This document shows, piece by piece, positions 18,449 through 28,038 of a stretch of 64,000 nucleotides of DNA (positions are counted from its first letter, which is position 1; each line of letters begins with the position of its first letter). The notes under the pieces are model-generated. The model was not told where the DNA came from. It ran no database searches and worked only from the letters and a program-made list of their open reading frames with translations. Made by a program: the position numbers and the translations under genes. Origin of the DNA: Nitrospirales bacterium (GTDB lineage: Bacteria > Nitrospirota > Nitrospiria > Nitrospirales > UBA8639); NCBI GenBank assembly GCA_965203665.1, contig OZ241905.1, forward strand, positions 174,275 through 238,274, read 5' to 3'.

Positions 18449-19284
18449 CGACCGGTCCTGTGAAGCGTGTCCTTGGTCTTTCCGGGGGGCGCGACAGTGC
18501 GGCGCTTGCCGTTTACATGCGACAGAACCACCCGGAGTACGATATCGACTATTTTTTCACCGACACCGGCAAAGAACTGCCGGAAGTCTATGAGTTTCTA
18601 GTTAAACTTGAAGGATTTCTCGGCAAGCCCATTTTACGACTCAACCCCGATCGCGACTTCGATTTTTGGCTCAAGCAATTCAATAACTTCCTGCCTTCTC
18701 CCCAAACACGTTGGTGCACGAGGCAACTCAAAATACGCCCCTTTGAGCGTTGGCTCAGACCGATACTCAACGATGGTGCGACGATTTACAGCTACGTCGC
18801 GATCCGCAGTGATGAAGAATATCGGGAAGGTTACTCTTCCAAACACGGCAACTTGATTGTTAAACTGCCGTTCAAAGAAGCAGGAATCGATAAGGCCGGT
18901 GTCTTGGAAATTCTCGAAGCTGCCGGGCTTGGATTGCCGAAATATTATGCTTGGCGAACGCGAAGTGGGTGTACCTTTTGTTTTTTCCAACAGAAAATCG
19001 AATGGGTGCGGCTCAAGGAGCAGCACCCCCAGGCATTCGAGGAAGCCAAGGCCTATGAGAAAGATGCTGTCACACATGGCTCGCCGTTTACATGGACGGA
19101 AGGCGAGTCATTGGAAGAGCTAGAGCAGCCGCAACGGGTCGATCAGATCAAACGGGACCACGAACAACGGCTTGTGCGGATGCAGTCGAAGGTACAGCCC
19201 AACCCGCTAAGGCCGGGTCGCGAGCCATTGGATATCGATGATCTCTACGGTCAGGCGAAAGTTTGTCTGGCGTGCCATAAGTAA
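18445..19284 (+). CDS. sspD: PP-loop ATP pyrophosphatase / PAPS-reductase family protein (SspD-like)
   Basis: PP-loop 'LSGGRDSAALAVY' (SGGxDS), 'TRWCTRQLK' and 'RSGCTFCFFQ' Cys motifs, and a C-terminal 'CLACHK'. Confidence 0.85.
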   Translation: MTTGPVKRVLGLSGGRDSAALAVYMRQNHPEYDIDYFFTDTGKELPEVYEFLVKLEGFLGKPILRLNPDRDFDFWLKQFNNFLPSPQTRWCTRQLKIRPFERWLRPILNDGATIYSYVAIRSDEEYREGYSSKHGNLIVKLPFKEAGIDKAGVLEILEAAGLGLPKYYAWRTRSGCTFCFFQQKIEWVRLKEQHPQAFEEAKAYEKDAVTHGSPFTWTEGESLEELEQPQRVDQIKRDHEQRLVRMQSKVQPNPLRPGREPLDIDDLYGQAKVCLACHK

Positions 19285-19353
19285 CCACTCAACTGATTTA
19301 ATTGACCAGATGCACGATTCGGACACCTGTTTGTTTCAGGTCTCCACAAGGGA

Positions 19354-20973
19354 ATGATGACTGTCATGTCAGGTGGATTAGGGCTTTCCGTTAATCAATT
19401 TCTTGAGTCACTGCCGGAAAACGTTCTCAGGAAATTTATAGATCCTGGTGTTCTATCGGTATTGAATGCGGTCTTTAGTGGCCGTGCAACTGGCGACGAT
19501 TTGCGGCGAGCTATGCAAATGCTCGTTAACGTTGACTTTGAACTGCTACTTGGTGAAGAGGACGGCCGAAATCTTGTATTGAAGCACATTCCAAAAAAGA
19601 AGCGCGCTGAATTTGAGAAGCGTGTCGGACGAAGCGTCGATTCGTCTCTCACAGGTAGTTGGACTGAAGCAGAAATCAGACAGATGCGTGACTTCTTCGG
19701 TCTGGTCGAAGAGCGAGCCATACAACCGCCAACGAAAGTTGAAGACATCATTCGGCCAGCATACGGCTTGTTCGACCACCAGAGGGACACCGTCGTCAGA
19801 TTGGCTCCACTGTTGGACCAAGATGAGAGAAAGGCTGTACTTCACCTTCCTACAGGTGTTGGCAAGACGCGCACCGCGATGCACATAGTGGCGAGTTCAC
19901 TGCGCGTCAACGATCCCTCGGTGGTAGTCTGGCTTGCATCTGGAAAGGAACTGCTTGAGCAGGCCGTACTCGCCTTTAGGGAAGCGTGGCACAATTTAGG
20001 GACGAGGCCACTGAAGATCGGAACAATGTTTGGCGACAAGGTTCCTGATCTTGACAATTTCAACGATGGTTTTCTAGCTGTCGGACTAGCCAAGGCCTGG
20101 GCTGTAATGTCTCGTACTGATCAAAATTGGGCAGCAAAACTTGCGTCACGCGTTCGGCTCGTAGTTTTTGATGAGGCGCATCAGAGTGTCGCCCAGACCT
20201 ACCGGCGGATCACTGAGGAGCTAACGCTTGATTTTCGATGCGCGTTGTTAGGGCTCACCGCCACCCCTGGTCGTACTTGGGCTGATATCGACAAGGATGG
20301 TGAACTCGTCGAGTTCTTTTCAGGCAACAAGGTCACGCTTAATGTCCCGGGCGACGACCCAATTGCATACTTAATCGACAACGGCTTTCTTGCCAAACCG
20401 TTCTTTCGGACTCTACTGGCGGAACCAGGTCTGAGCATTTCCGACAATGAGATCGCGCGTATCGCGGGGTTGTTGGAAATCCCGGAGGATATTGTGGCCG
20501 CCTTGTCGATGAGTGAGCAATATGTTACATCTGTGCTTGGCGCGATAGAAGAGCTCCTTGACTCGGGGCATCGGCGCCTACTCGTCTTTGCCGCTACAGT
20601 CCAACATGCCCAATTGCTAACGGCGATTCTTATTGCTCGCGATATTCGAAGCTTTTTAGTGACGGGCGTAACGCCCGAGCGGGTTAGGGATCGCGCTATA
20701 AAGACTTTCAAGTCGGAAGATGAGAAGTCGATGGTTCTCATCAACTATGGGGTATTGACTGCAGGGTTCGATGCCCCCAAGGCAAGTGCTGTGGTCATAG
20801 CCCGCCCGACACAATCTCTGGTTCTATTCAGCCAGATGGTTGGTCGCGCAATACGTGGGCCCAGGGCTGGTGGCACTGAAAAGTGCGAAGTAGTAACAGT
20901 CGTTGATCCGAGTCTGCCAGGATTCGGCGATGTAGCAGCGGCGTTTCTAAATTGGGAGGATGTATGGCGGTGA
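19354..20973 (+). CDS. SF2 DEAH-box helicase (ResIII-like); SspF-like by position
   Basis: Motif I 'LPTGVGKTRTA', II 'VVFDEAHQS', III 'GLTATPGR', VI 'QMVGRAIRG'. Confidence 0.85.
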   Translation: MMTVMSGGLGLSVNQFLESLPENVLRKFIDPGVLSVLNAVFSGRATGDDLRRAMQMLVNVDFELLLGEEDGRNLVLKHIPKKKRAEFEKRVGRSVDSSLTGSWTEAEIRQMRDFFGLVEERAIQPPTKVEDIIRPAYGLFDHQRDTVVRLAPLLDQDERKAVLHLPTGVGKTRTAMHIVASSLRVNDPSVVVWLASGKELLEQAVLAFREAWHNLGTRPLKIGTMFGDKVPDLDNFNDGFLAVGLAKAWAVMSRTDQNWAAKLASRVRLVVFDEAHQSVAQTYRRITEELTLDFRCALLGLTATPGRTWADIDKDGELVEFFSGNKVTLNVPGDDPIAYLIDNGFLAKPFFRTLLAEPGLSISDNEIARIAGLLEIPEDIVAALSMSEQYVTSVLGAIEELLDSGHRRLLVFAATVQHAQLLTAILIARDIRSFLVTGVTPERVRDRAIKTFKSEDEKSMVLINYGVLTAGFDAPKASAVVIARPTQSLVLFSQMVGRAIRGPRAGGTEKCEVVTVVDPSLPGFGDVAAAFLNWEDVWR

Positions 20974-22904
20974 CAACGATACCAGAGCAACTGAGTTTCT
21001 CGATTATCGATACCAAAATGACAATCGATTCTATGCGCGCCAGTGGATATAAATCTACAACGCATGCACTCGCTGAACTCATCGACAACTCACTTGAGGC
21101 CGGGGCAACAGCAATCGAGATTTTTGGAGTGAGCCGGCAGGAGAACAGTCCTCGAAGATTCAGGCTTACAGAACTAGCAGTCCTGGACAACGGCTCCGGG
21201 ATGGATGCAAACACTTTAAGGGGAAGTCTTCGATATGGTCACGGAACCCGCCGTGAGCGAAAAGGGATCGGTCGTTTTGGTCTCGGACTCCCCAACGCGT
21301 CGATGTCGCAAGCCAGACACGTAGATGTTTGGTCCTGGCAATCCGGTGTGACAAACGCTCTTCACACTCAACTTTCCATTGAAGACGTGGAACGAGGCGT
21401 CCGAGAAATACCTGAACCAAGTCTACAACCCATCCCAGATATTTACCTCAAATCGAGCTGCAACGGGTTTGGTGAATCCGGCACTCTCATAGTGTGGAGT
21501 AATCTCGACAGAGTCGAATGGAAGCAAGCTTCAACAACATTTCGACATACAGAGGCGCTACTAGGTCGGTTGTACAGGCGTTTTCTTGCCAAGCCATCCG
21601 AGCGACTCCACGCTGACGACCCTAGGGGAAATGAAATTGGCCAACAACGCACCATTTTGTGTGTGCCGATTTTGGATGACGGCTCGACGATCAGCGTACA
21701 ACGTAGTGACCTTGTCGAAGTGAAACCGAACGATCCTCTTTATCTTATGACCGATACTTCTTGCCCTGGGGAATTTGGTCCCGGACCTATGTTCACGGAA
21801 CTCGAAGGTAGCCCTTTTTTTGTCCCCGTAACGTACAAGGGCCAAAAATGCGATGTACGGGTTCGTGCGAGTTATGTCCGGCCTCACGCGCGCCGTTCTT
21901 CTGAGCCCGAAGCCAATTGGCCTCCTGAGTGGAGTGGCAAAGACGCCGGTCACACTCCCTGGGGAAAGCATGCCGACAATAATATGGGGGTATCGCTGGT
22001 TCGCGCGCACCGCGAAATACAACTCGATGACTCTTGGATAAGTGGTGACGATACGAGAGAGCGGTGGTGGACCGTCGAAGTCGACTTTCCGACCGCACTC
22101 GATGAAGTGTTCGGTGTCACCAACAACAAGCAGGGCACGATGACTTTCCAGCGACTAGCACGATACGACTGGCGACGAGAAGCACTTACCGGTGAAGAGT
22201 CGCCCCAGGATGTCCGCCGTCGTATGGAGGCGGATGGCGATCATCGGGTTTACCTATTGGATGTTCGTAGACAGATTACAAAGGCTATCGAGTTGATGCG
22301 ACCCAGAGTCAGAGAGACCAAGAAATCTCGGCATGATCCCCATGAAATAGACGAAGACAAGAAAGCTGACGAAAGGGCAACGGCCGCCATCAAACGCCGA
22401 ATCGAGGAAGGCGAGCGCGGAGAGTCTGATCGAGCCGGTGAATTTGGTACTGAGCAAGAACACAAGGAAGCGCACATTCAATCTCTCGTCGATAAACATC
22501 ATCTTGACCAGGGTGACGCGCTTCGGCGAATCGACGAAACGATGCGGGCTGGAAGCCGAGTGCGGTGGATTCAATCGGCGCAATCCAGCGCCGCCTTCTT
22601 CGATATCGACTCGCTACCAAACGTCATTCAAGTCTCGCTTAACACGAACCATCCTGTACATTCGCACCTGTACGATATCATGCATCCCGAGGTGGACGAG
22701 CTAACGGAAGACGAAATTCGGGATCGGCTGGCAAAAGCCGCCGCCGCATTCCGCATACTTATTTACTCATGGGCTCGCTATGAGGAAGAACAAACCGACC
22801 GTGAGCGTCGCCGCGTGCGTGATGCGCGCGTGGAATGGGGTAAGTACGCAGAGGAATTCTTCGATGAGGACGATGGTTCGCCTCCTCCTACCGACTTGGT
22901 GTAG
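20964..22904 (+). CDS. GHKL (HATPase_c_3/MORC-like) ATPase; SspG-like by position
   Basis: N-box 'ELIDNSLEAGA', G1 'LDNGSGMD', G2 'GRFGLGLPNAS'. ATG 20964 follows GGGAGGA and overlaps the helicase stop by 10 nt (ATGGCGGTGA). Confidence 0.85.
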   Translation: MAVTTIPEQLSFSIIDTKMTIDSMRASGYKSTTHALAELIDNSLEAGATAIEIFGVSRQENSPRRFRLTELAVLDNGSGMDANTLRGSLRYGHGTRRERKGIGRFGLGLPNASMSQARHVDVWSWQSGVTNALHTQLSIEDVERGVREIPEPSLQPIPDIYLKSSCNGFGESGTLIVWSNLDRVEWKQASTTFRHTEALLGRLYRRFLAKPSERLHADDPRGNEIGQQRTILCVPILDDGSTISVQRSDLVEVKPNDPLYLMTDTSCPGEFGPGPMFTELEGSPFFVPVTYKGQKCDVRVRASYVRPHARRSSEPEANWPPEWSGKDAGHTPWGKHADNNMGVSLVRAHREIQLDDSWISGDDTRERWWTVEVDFPTALDEVFGVTNNKQGTMTFQRLARYDWRREALTGEESPQDVRRRMEADGDHRVYLLDVRRQITKAIELMRPRVRETKKSRHDPHEIDEDKKADERATAAIKRRIEEGERGESDRAGEFGTEQEHKEAHIQSLVDKHHLDQGDALRRIDETMRAGSRVRWIQSAQSSAAFFDIDSLPNVIQVSLNTNHPVHSHLYDIMHPEVDELTEDEIRDRLAKAAAAFRILIYSWARYEEEQTDRERRRVRDARVEWGKYAEEFFDEDDGSPPPTDLV

Positions 22905-22910
22905 AGTGCC

Positions 22911-23819
22911 GTGGACGAAGTAAGTGGCAGCCAAGGAGACCGTATTCGTGCTCTTTTCGAGAAAGCTACAGATGGAGTCACAATTATCGCGCCGTTCATT
23001 AAAGTCGATGCGTTGCGGTCGCTGCTTAAAGTAATTCCGTCGCACGCGCACATTCGTTGTGTTACGCGTTGGTTTCCTCAAGAAGTCGCCGCTGGGGTGT
23101 CTGATCCAGAAATTTTTGAAGAACTGGAGGAACGCGGCAATTCGAACCTCTCACTAGTTGACAGGCTACACGCTAAGCTCTTCATTGTCGGTGAACGCTG
23201 TCTCGCTGGTTCAGCAAATGTGACTCTCGCAGGACTAGGCGAAGGAGTTGACAGGAATAACATCGAGGTTCTCGTTGAAACAACCACTGCTGATCCTGGA
23301 ATTTCAGCAACGCTCAACGAGATCTCGCAAGCGGAACGTCCCGCTACAACACTCTTAGCAGATAACGTTCGGCGTTTGGCAGACAGTATTACTGGCGAGA
23401 CGACATCAGAAATTGACCGCAATGCACTTTGGTTCCCGCGCAGTCGACGCCCTGAAGAAGCACATCGGTTCTACACCCAACCACCGAAGAAGCATGTAAG
23501 AGCCGTGGACCGCATTCTATTGGCTGATCTGGCAAGGTGTAATGTTTCACCTGGTCTTGAAGAGCAAGAATTTCGGACATTGATTCGTTCTCTTCTCGCA
23601 GCAATCCCAATTGCGAGAATCCTTCTTGACGCGACGGAAGATATGATGCTCACCCGCGCCGACTCCCACTCTTTTCTCGAAACAGTTGGGGGTGATGAGT
23701 TTTCCACCAACGATTTGTGGCTCGCATTCGTCAATTGGATGGTACATTTTTTCCCAGATCAGGTCATCAAGCAAGAAATCGCCGAGGTGGCGCTTCGACG
23801 CGCTCACCCACTTAGATAG
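22911..23819 (+). CDS. PLD-superfamily (single HKD-like motif) nuclease; SspH-like by position
   Basis: 'LHAKLFIVGERCLAGSANVTLAGL' (HxK....GSxN). GTG start 6 nt after the GHKL stop. Confidence 0.75.
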   Translation: MDEVSGSQGDRIRALFEKATDGVTIIAPFIKVDALRSLLKVIPSHAHIRCVTRWFPQEVAAGVSDPEIFEELEERGNSNLSLVDRLHAKLFIVGERCLAGSANVTLAGLGEGVDRNNIEVLVETTTADPGISATLNEISQAERPATTLLADNVRRLADSITGETTSEIDRNALWFPRSRRPEEAHRFYTQPPKKHVRAVDRILLADLARCNVSPGLEEQEFRTLIRSLLAAIPIARILLDATEDMMLTRADSHSFLETVGGDEFSTNDLWLAFVNWMVHFFPDQVIKQEIAEVALRRAHPLR

Positions 23820-23957
23820 CCCTCCAAACATACGAGGGTAAACAGGTTGAATATGAGGGGACCTCATCACCAAGGGTCACTATTTAGCACCAGAATTCCT
23901 GCCGTCGTAGCCTGAGACGTAAATCTATCCAGTAGCTTGACACCTTCCGACGCTGCT

Positions 23958-24164
23958 TTATTTCAGTTGCTTCGGCCGCGTAACTAGGCGGGCTTGGAGA
24001 CGCCGTTTGCCTCGGCGGGTACCAGGTCGCGGAAGCAGACCCTCTTCCTGTTTGGGCAAAACGAACCCCCCGACATCAGCATCTCGAACGTCTATGGCTT
24101 CATGGCCAAGTCTTTCTAGGAAGAGCTTGGCAGAAAGTGGGAGATCGGTGTCGATCAGAGAGCG
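23958..24164 (-). pseudogene. DUF5615 (PIN-like) toxin remnant
   Basis: The minus-strand translation 'LIDTDLPLSAKLFLERLGHEAIDVRDADVGG' matches the DUF5615 N-terminus ('LiDenLp..la..L...GhdavhV'). There is no start codon, and the C-terminal half is degenerate. Confidence 0.45.
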
Positions 24165-24400
24165 TACACGGGAAGACAGCCCAGGGGGAGCGGGTGGTGG
24201 GTTTCCCGTTCAACCAGTACTTCGGCATAGTTGATGGCGACCCGTACGTCTTCAACTACCACCTCGTACTCTTGGCATATCTCCTCGAAGGTCATTCTAC
24301 CCGCCAGCACGCCCAGGAATCAGTTCACCGCCATGCGCGTGCCGCGTATCACTGGTTTGCCGTGTTGGATCTCCGGCTCAATGATGATTCGTTCATGCGT
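24162..24400 (-). pseudogene. DUF433 antitoxin-like gene with a frameshift
   Basis: 'ERIIIEPEIQHGKPVIRGTRMAVN*' continues in another frame as 'FLGVLAGRMTFEEICQEYEVVVEDVRVAINYAEVL', i.e. a DUF433 domain split near 24320. Confidence 0.55.
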
Positions 24401-24732
24401 GGTTGATCTCGTCGTCTTGGAAGAAAGCTGAAATTTTGTTACCTGCTTGTCAGTATCTGCGTTGTCTTTTTCCAGCCATAGCTGTGGCCGCGACGTGTGC
24501 GCTAGCCCGGATTATGGTCTACGCACGGCACGATGGATTGCTGGATTCCCACGTTCGCTAGGATGACAGAATTCCCAAGTTCGCAAGGTTGAAAGCATGG
24601 AGGAGGTCTTGTGTGGCAACGAGTGAGTGGGGCTGAACGCTGGCTAGGAACCTCAATTGGGGAAAGTTCGGTGAAGCAAGTTCGCGAAGGAGCCGTCCGT
24701 AGTTTAGCGGCAGTTGCTACAAGGACAATGGC

Positions 24733-27700
24733 TCATATCTTATTGATGGATCGCATGCGTGCCAATGCTTTGTTGATGGGCGGATCTGTCACGCCTCCGG
24801 GTATGATGGGCACATCATCGTCGTCTAAGGCGATTATATCAGGATCGTTTTCACCAATCTGCCAAGCCTGACGGGTTTCGAGTTGCCTTTTGGCAATCGC
24901 CAATTCAGGGGAAATTAGCTGAGGGCTTGGACTCATCTGAGCCGGTGCGAGAAAAAAACAACCCGTCTCCTGATAGGCTGTGATGAAATTGTCAACACCC
25001 TTAGAAGAGTTTGGTGACACTCGAATCACTCTCGACACAATTGAAAAGGTCTTTCCCTCGTTTTCCAACTGTCGAAGGTTTGGCCCGATGATTACCGCAT
25101 ACTTTGCATGGTTACGCTGAGATAGCCCGGCGATGATTGCGACTCGGATTGCCTCGTCTTTATCTTCATCGCCCCAGCGATTTTTCCACGCACGAAAAAT
25201 GGCTTGGCCAGCCTCTTCATCTTCGAATGCTATACCAAGTACGGGAGGTACTTCTTGGCCATAGGCGTACAGCGTGGCTCGCCACTTAGCTTGCTCCCAT
25301 AAAGGTATATCTATAGGAGATAGAACGCGACGATCTGTATGCTTCCACCGTTTCCTGTCAAGCGCCTCTTTAGAGGGGGGGGCAGTTCCAAACTTAGGGG
25401 ATTCCATCGGATTGCCTGGGTCTGCAGGTTTCACCGTGCGCCAAGGTCTATCTCGAAGTACGGCATAGCTCTCATTGGCGGGATCTAGCCAATCGATCAG
25501 GCGTATCGGAGGCGTTTCACCATAGACATTAAAGTTTAGGGTAAGAGTGTCCCCGAGTGTTATGGCGCGAGAGAAACCGCATTCCTGAATGGCCATTTTC
25601 TCGATCCAAGTATGCGCGTCCCGTATCAACAGCATCCGAACAACTATTTGCTCAAGGCTACCTTCGAGCCAATTCATGTAGGCCCGCCGTTCATCGGCGG
25701 TCGTGAATCTCAGGTTAGCTGGATGGACGATCTCGGCACGGCCACTGTCGTCATTATCGGGGAAACGGAGTGTCGGCACGTCCGTCGATTGCTGGGATGG
25801 ACTTAGAACAATCGTTAGACACTCTCGATAGGGCAACACGTCGCGCTCATCACTTGTTGCTAGAAAGGCCTCCAGGGCACCAAGGAGAGATTCGGCAATG
25901 CTGATAGAAATCGTATTATTGGGCGTTTCAACCACGAGTTCAGATCCCAGAATCTTCGACTTCAGAAGACTTGTCGGTCCATCTGCCAACATCGGTTTAG
26001 GAGGAATGTGTTTGGCCACGGGATGGTCTTGCAACGACTCAAAAAGGGTCTGAACGGCATTCGAGTCTTCAATAGCTGGGATAGACTCTTCGTCACGCAG
26101 ATGCTGCTCGTGGCCAAGAGCGAACAGCACCGCCGTCCTGGCTGAAAACAACTCTAGTTGTTCCAGCGTATCAGGCAAACGTTCCACGCATGGAAGTGCC
26201 TCATATGGAAGGTTCAAAAAGTGAATGCCTAGCACAAGTTCCTGATGCCACAGTTCTTCGGCATACGAATTTTGTTCCTCCTCTGACAGTTTCAGCTGAG
26301 AAGCAATACCGTTTGCAAGGGTTATTGCACTCAGCACATGAGGGACACGGCCAAGCTGTAGTTCGATCCAGACGAGGCGTTTAGTGGCGATCAGTGCCTG
26401 AGGGACAAACTTTCCTTCTTCGTTGAATACAGCTAGGTTGCGTTCAACAGCCGCCAATGCTTTGTTTCTGGCAGCCCAGAGAAGACCCACATTCTCATAA
26501 GCGCAACTGCTTCCAATAAGCACCGCGATCAGCTTTGTGCGATATTCATCTTTGATCAACAATTCTTCGGCTTGGCCGAACCATCGGATCGCCTCATAAT
26601 ATTTCTCTTGTCTCAGCTTTTGGAAGCCACGCTGAGAAGATGCTTGGCCTGCTGCACCGTCGCTACGCCGCTGTCGGATTACGTCGACGAGTTTTTCGTA
26701 AAGAGAGTCGAAAGCAGGACTGCTGATACGTTCCCCGAGTTCAGTCACGATGTCAAAAAGCTGCTCTATAGGATAAGTACCCAAAGGAGCAGCCTCATTG
26801 ACAATCTGAGCTAGATCAGCCCAGCAAGAATCCAACTGGTCGGATAGTTGGGCTTGAGCAGACTGCGTAATTCTCATGTACACGAGTCCAGTGCGAGCCT
26901 GGAGGGCATTGTTCAGGCGTAGGGGGTCGGAAGCTATAGCCTCCAGCATCTCAACCAAGCGCTGCCTGCGAGAATCAATTTTGGCGTCTTGAGGGTCAAG
27001 CCGTCCTGCAAATACTGATGTCGTCAGAAGCTGCCAGAGCCTTAGAAGGAATTCAACTTCGCATGCTTGGACTGAACCTTCAACACGCTGTTCAACCTCT
27101 TCGTAGAATTGATTAAACATGGAATAGTCTTCGTACCACCAGTAGGCTGTCCAAGCACGATTGTAGGCGATACGTAGTTGCTGCGGTCTGTAGTCGACAG
27201 ACCGTGCTAGTCGTTCCGCGTGTACAAAACGGCTTTCTACCTCATTTCTGGCTCGCTCGAGGCCTCTAGCTAGGAGTGCCGTGCGTAGACAGTCCTCGAC
27301 CAACTGATAGCGCGCACCTTGGTAACATGATGGGTCGGCGACTTGCTGGTCTAGTTCTTCCAGTTCCAAAAGCCGCTCAGCGTCGCGAGGACCGAGCCGG
27401 TTTCTCTTTTCGCTTTGGAAGCCTTCAACACCCAAGGTGGCTGCGGCAAGCTCTAGGTGGTTGGCGTCGTAGACCTTTTCAACGATCCAGGCGCGGTCGA
27501 TAATATGTACGGGAATCTTTGCCAACTTGGAGAGCGCATCTTCTTGAGTTGCACGTACCTTGTCGCTGACAAATTGATTGGTGAAGAAATAGATACGTTT
27601 GTAGTCGCGGCCAGTGGATAATATGCTATGAACGTCGGCTTTAAGCTTAGATTTCCACTCCTTCTTTGCGCTGAAGGCGAAGGCCCACCGCTCCGCTCCA

Positions 27701-28038
27701 GCCGATGGAGTGCCTATCCACCAACGCTCTGCGATCTCCTCGGCTACTGGATATGTTTCAGTATCAACTTTGCTATCGCCACCTCCAGTGGGGCCTGTTT
27801 GAACGCGAAGATTGGGGCATATCTCTTTTTCGGCCAGCTTTCGACAGAAATGCTCGAACTCGTATTCACCTTTACGACTCGTGAGTGTTTCAAGATAGTA
27901 TTCGAACACCTGCTTCGAGATCCGGGGGACATCATCAACTTGAGTGTCTGAGAAAAGATCCGGATGGCGAGCCCGCATGAACTCGCTAGGACTGAGCATG
28001 TTCTTCTGAAATAGAGTCTGATCGGTCGTCTTACTCAT
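24733..28038 (-). CDS. 1101-aa protein: Mrr-like PD-(D/E)xK nuclease N-domain plus ~850-aa helical-repeat region
   Basis: N-terminus 'GEYEFEHFCRKLAEKEICPNLRVQTGPTGGGDSKVDTETY...WAFAFSAKKEW' fits an E / D / (S/Q)xK nuclease-core arrangement. The remainder is alpha-helical, TPR-like, with no Walker A motif. Confidence 0.8.
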   Translation of the reverse strand: MSKTTDQTLFQKNMLSPSEFMRARHPDLFSDTQVDDVPRISKQVFEYYLETLTSRKGEYEFEHFCRKLAEKEICPNLRVQTGPTGGGDSKVDTETYPVAEEIAERWWIGTPSAGAERWAFAFSAKKEWKSKLKADVHSILSTGRDYKRIYFFTNQFVSDKVRATQEDALSKLAKIPVHIIDRAWIVEKVYDANHLELAAATLGVEGFQSEKRNRLGPRDAERLLELEELDQQVADPSCYQGARYQLVEDCLRTALLARGLERARNEVESRFVHAERLARSVDYRPQQLRIAYNRAWTAYWWYEDYSMFNQFYEEVEQRVEGSVQACEVEFLLRLWQLLTTSVFAGRLDPQDAKIDSRRQRLVEMLEAIASDPLRLNNALQARTGLVYMRITQSAQAQLSDQLDSCWADLAQIVNEAAPLGTYPIEQLFDIVTELGERISSPAFDSLYEKLVDVIRQRRSDGAAGQASSQRGFQKLRQEKYYEAIRWFGQAEELLIKDEYRTKLIAVLIGSSCAYENVGLLWAARNKALAAVERNLAVFNEEGKFVPQALIATKRLVWIELQLGRVPHVLSAITLANGIASQLKLSEEEQNSYAEELWHQELVLGIHFLNLPYEALPCVERLPDTLEQLELFSARTAVLFALGHEQHLRDEESIPAIEDSNAVQTLFESLQDHPVAKHIPPKPMLADGPTSLLKSKILGSELVVETPNNTISISIAESLLGALEAFLATSDERDVLPYRECLTIVLSPSQQSTDVPTLRFPDNDDSGRAEIVHPANLRFTTADERRAYMNWLEGSLEQIVVRMLLIRDAHTWIEKMAIQECGFSRAITLGDTLTLNFNVYGETPPIRLIDWLDPANESYAVLRDRPWRTVKPADPGNPMESPKFGTAPPSKEALDRKRWKHTDRRVLSPIDIPLWEQAKWRATLYAYGQEVPPVLGIAFEDEEAGQAIFRAWKNRWGDEDKDEAIRVAIIAGLSQRNHAKYAVIIGPNLRQLENEGKTFSIVSRVIRVSPNSSKGVDNFITAYQETGCFFLAPAQMSPSPQLISPELAIAKRQLETRQAWQIGENDPDIIALDDDDVPIIPGGVTDPPINKALARMRSINKI

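Noticed and set aside
24007-24406. + strand ORFs 24007..24234 and 24137..24406.
   Set aside because: The opposite strand carries recognisable, though decayed, DUF5615 and DUF433 sequences.
27760-27800. 'GPTGGGDSK' in the 1101-aa protein read as a P-loop.
   Set aside because: It lacks the invariant GK[ST] lysine position. It fits better as the Asp-containing strand of a PD-(D/E)xK core.
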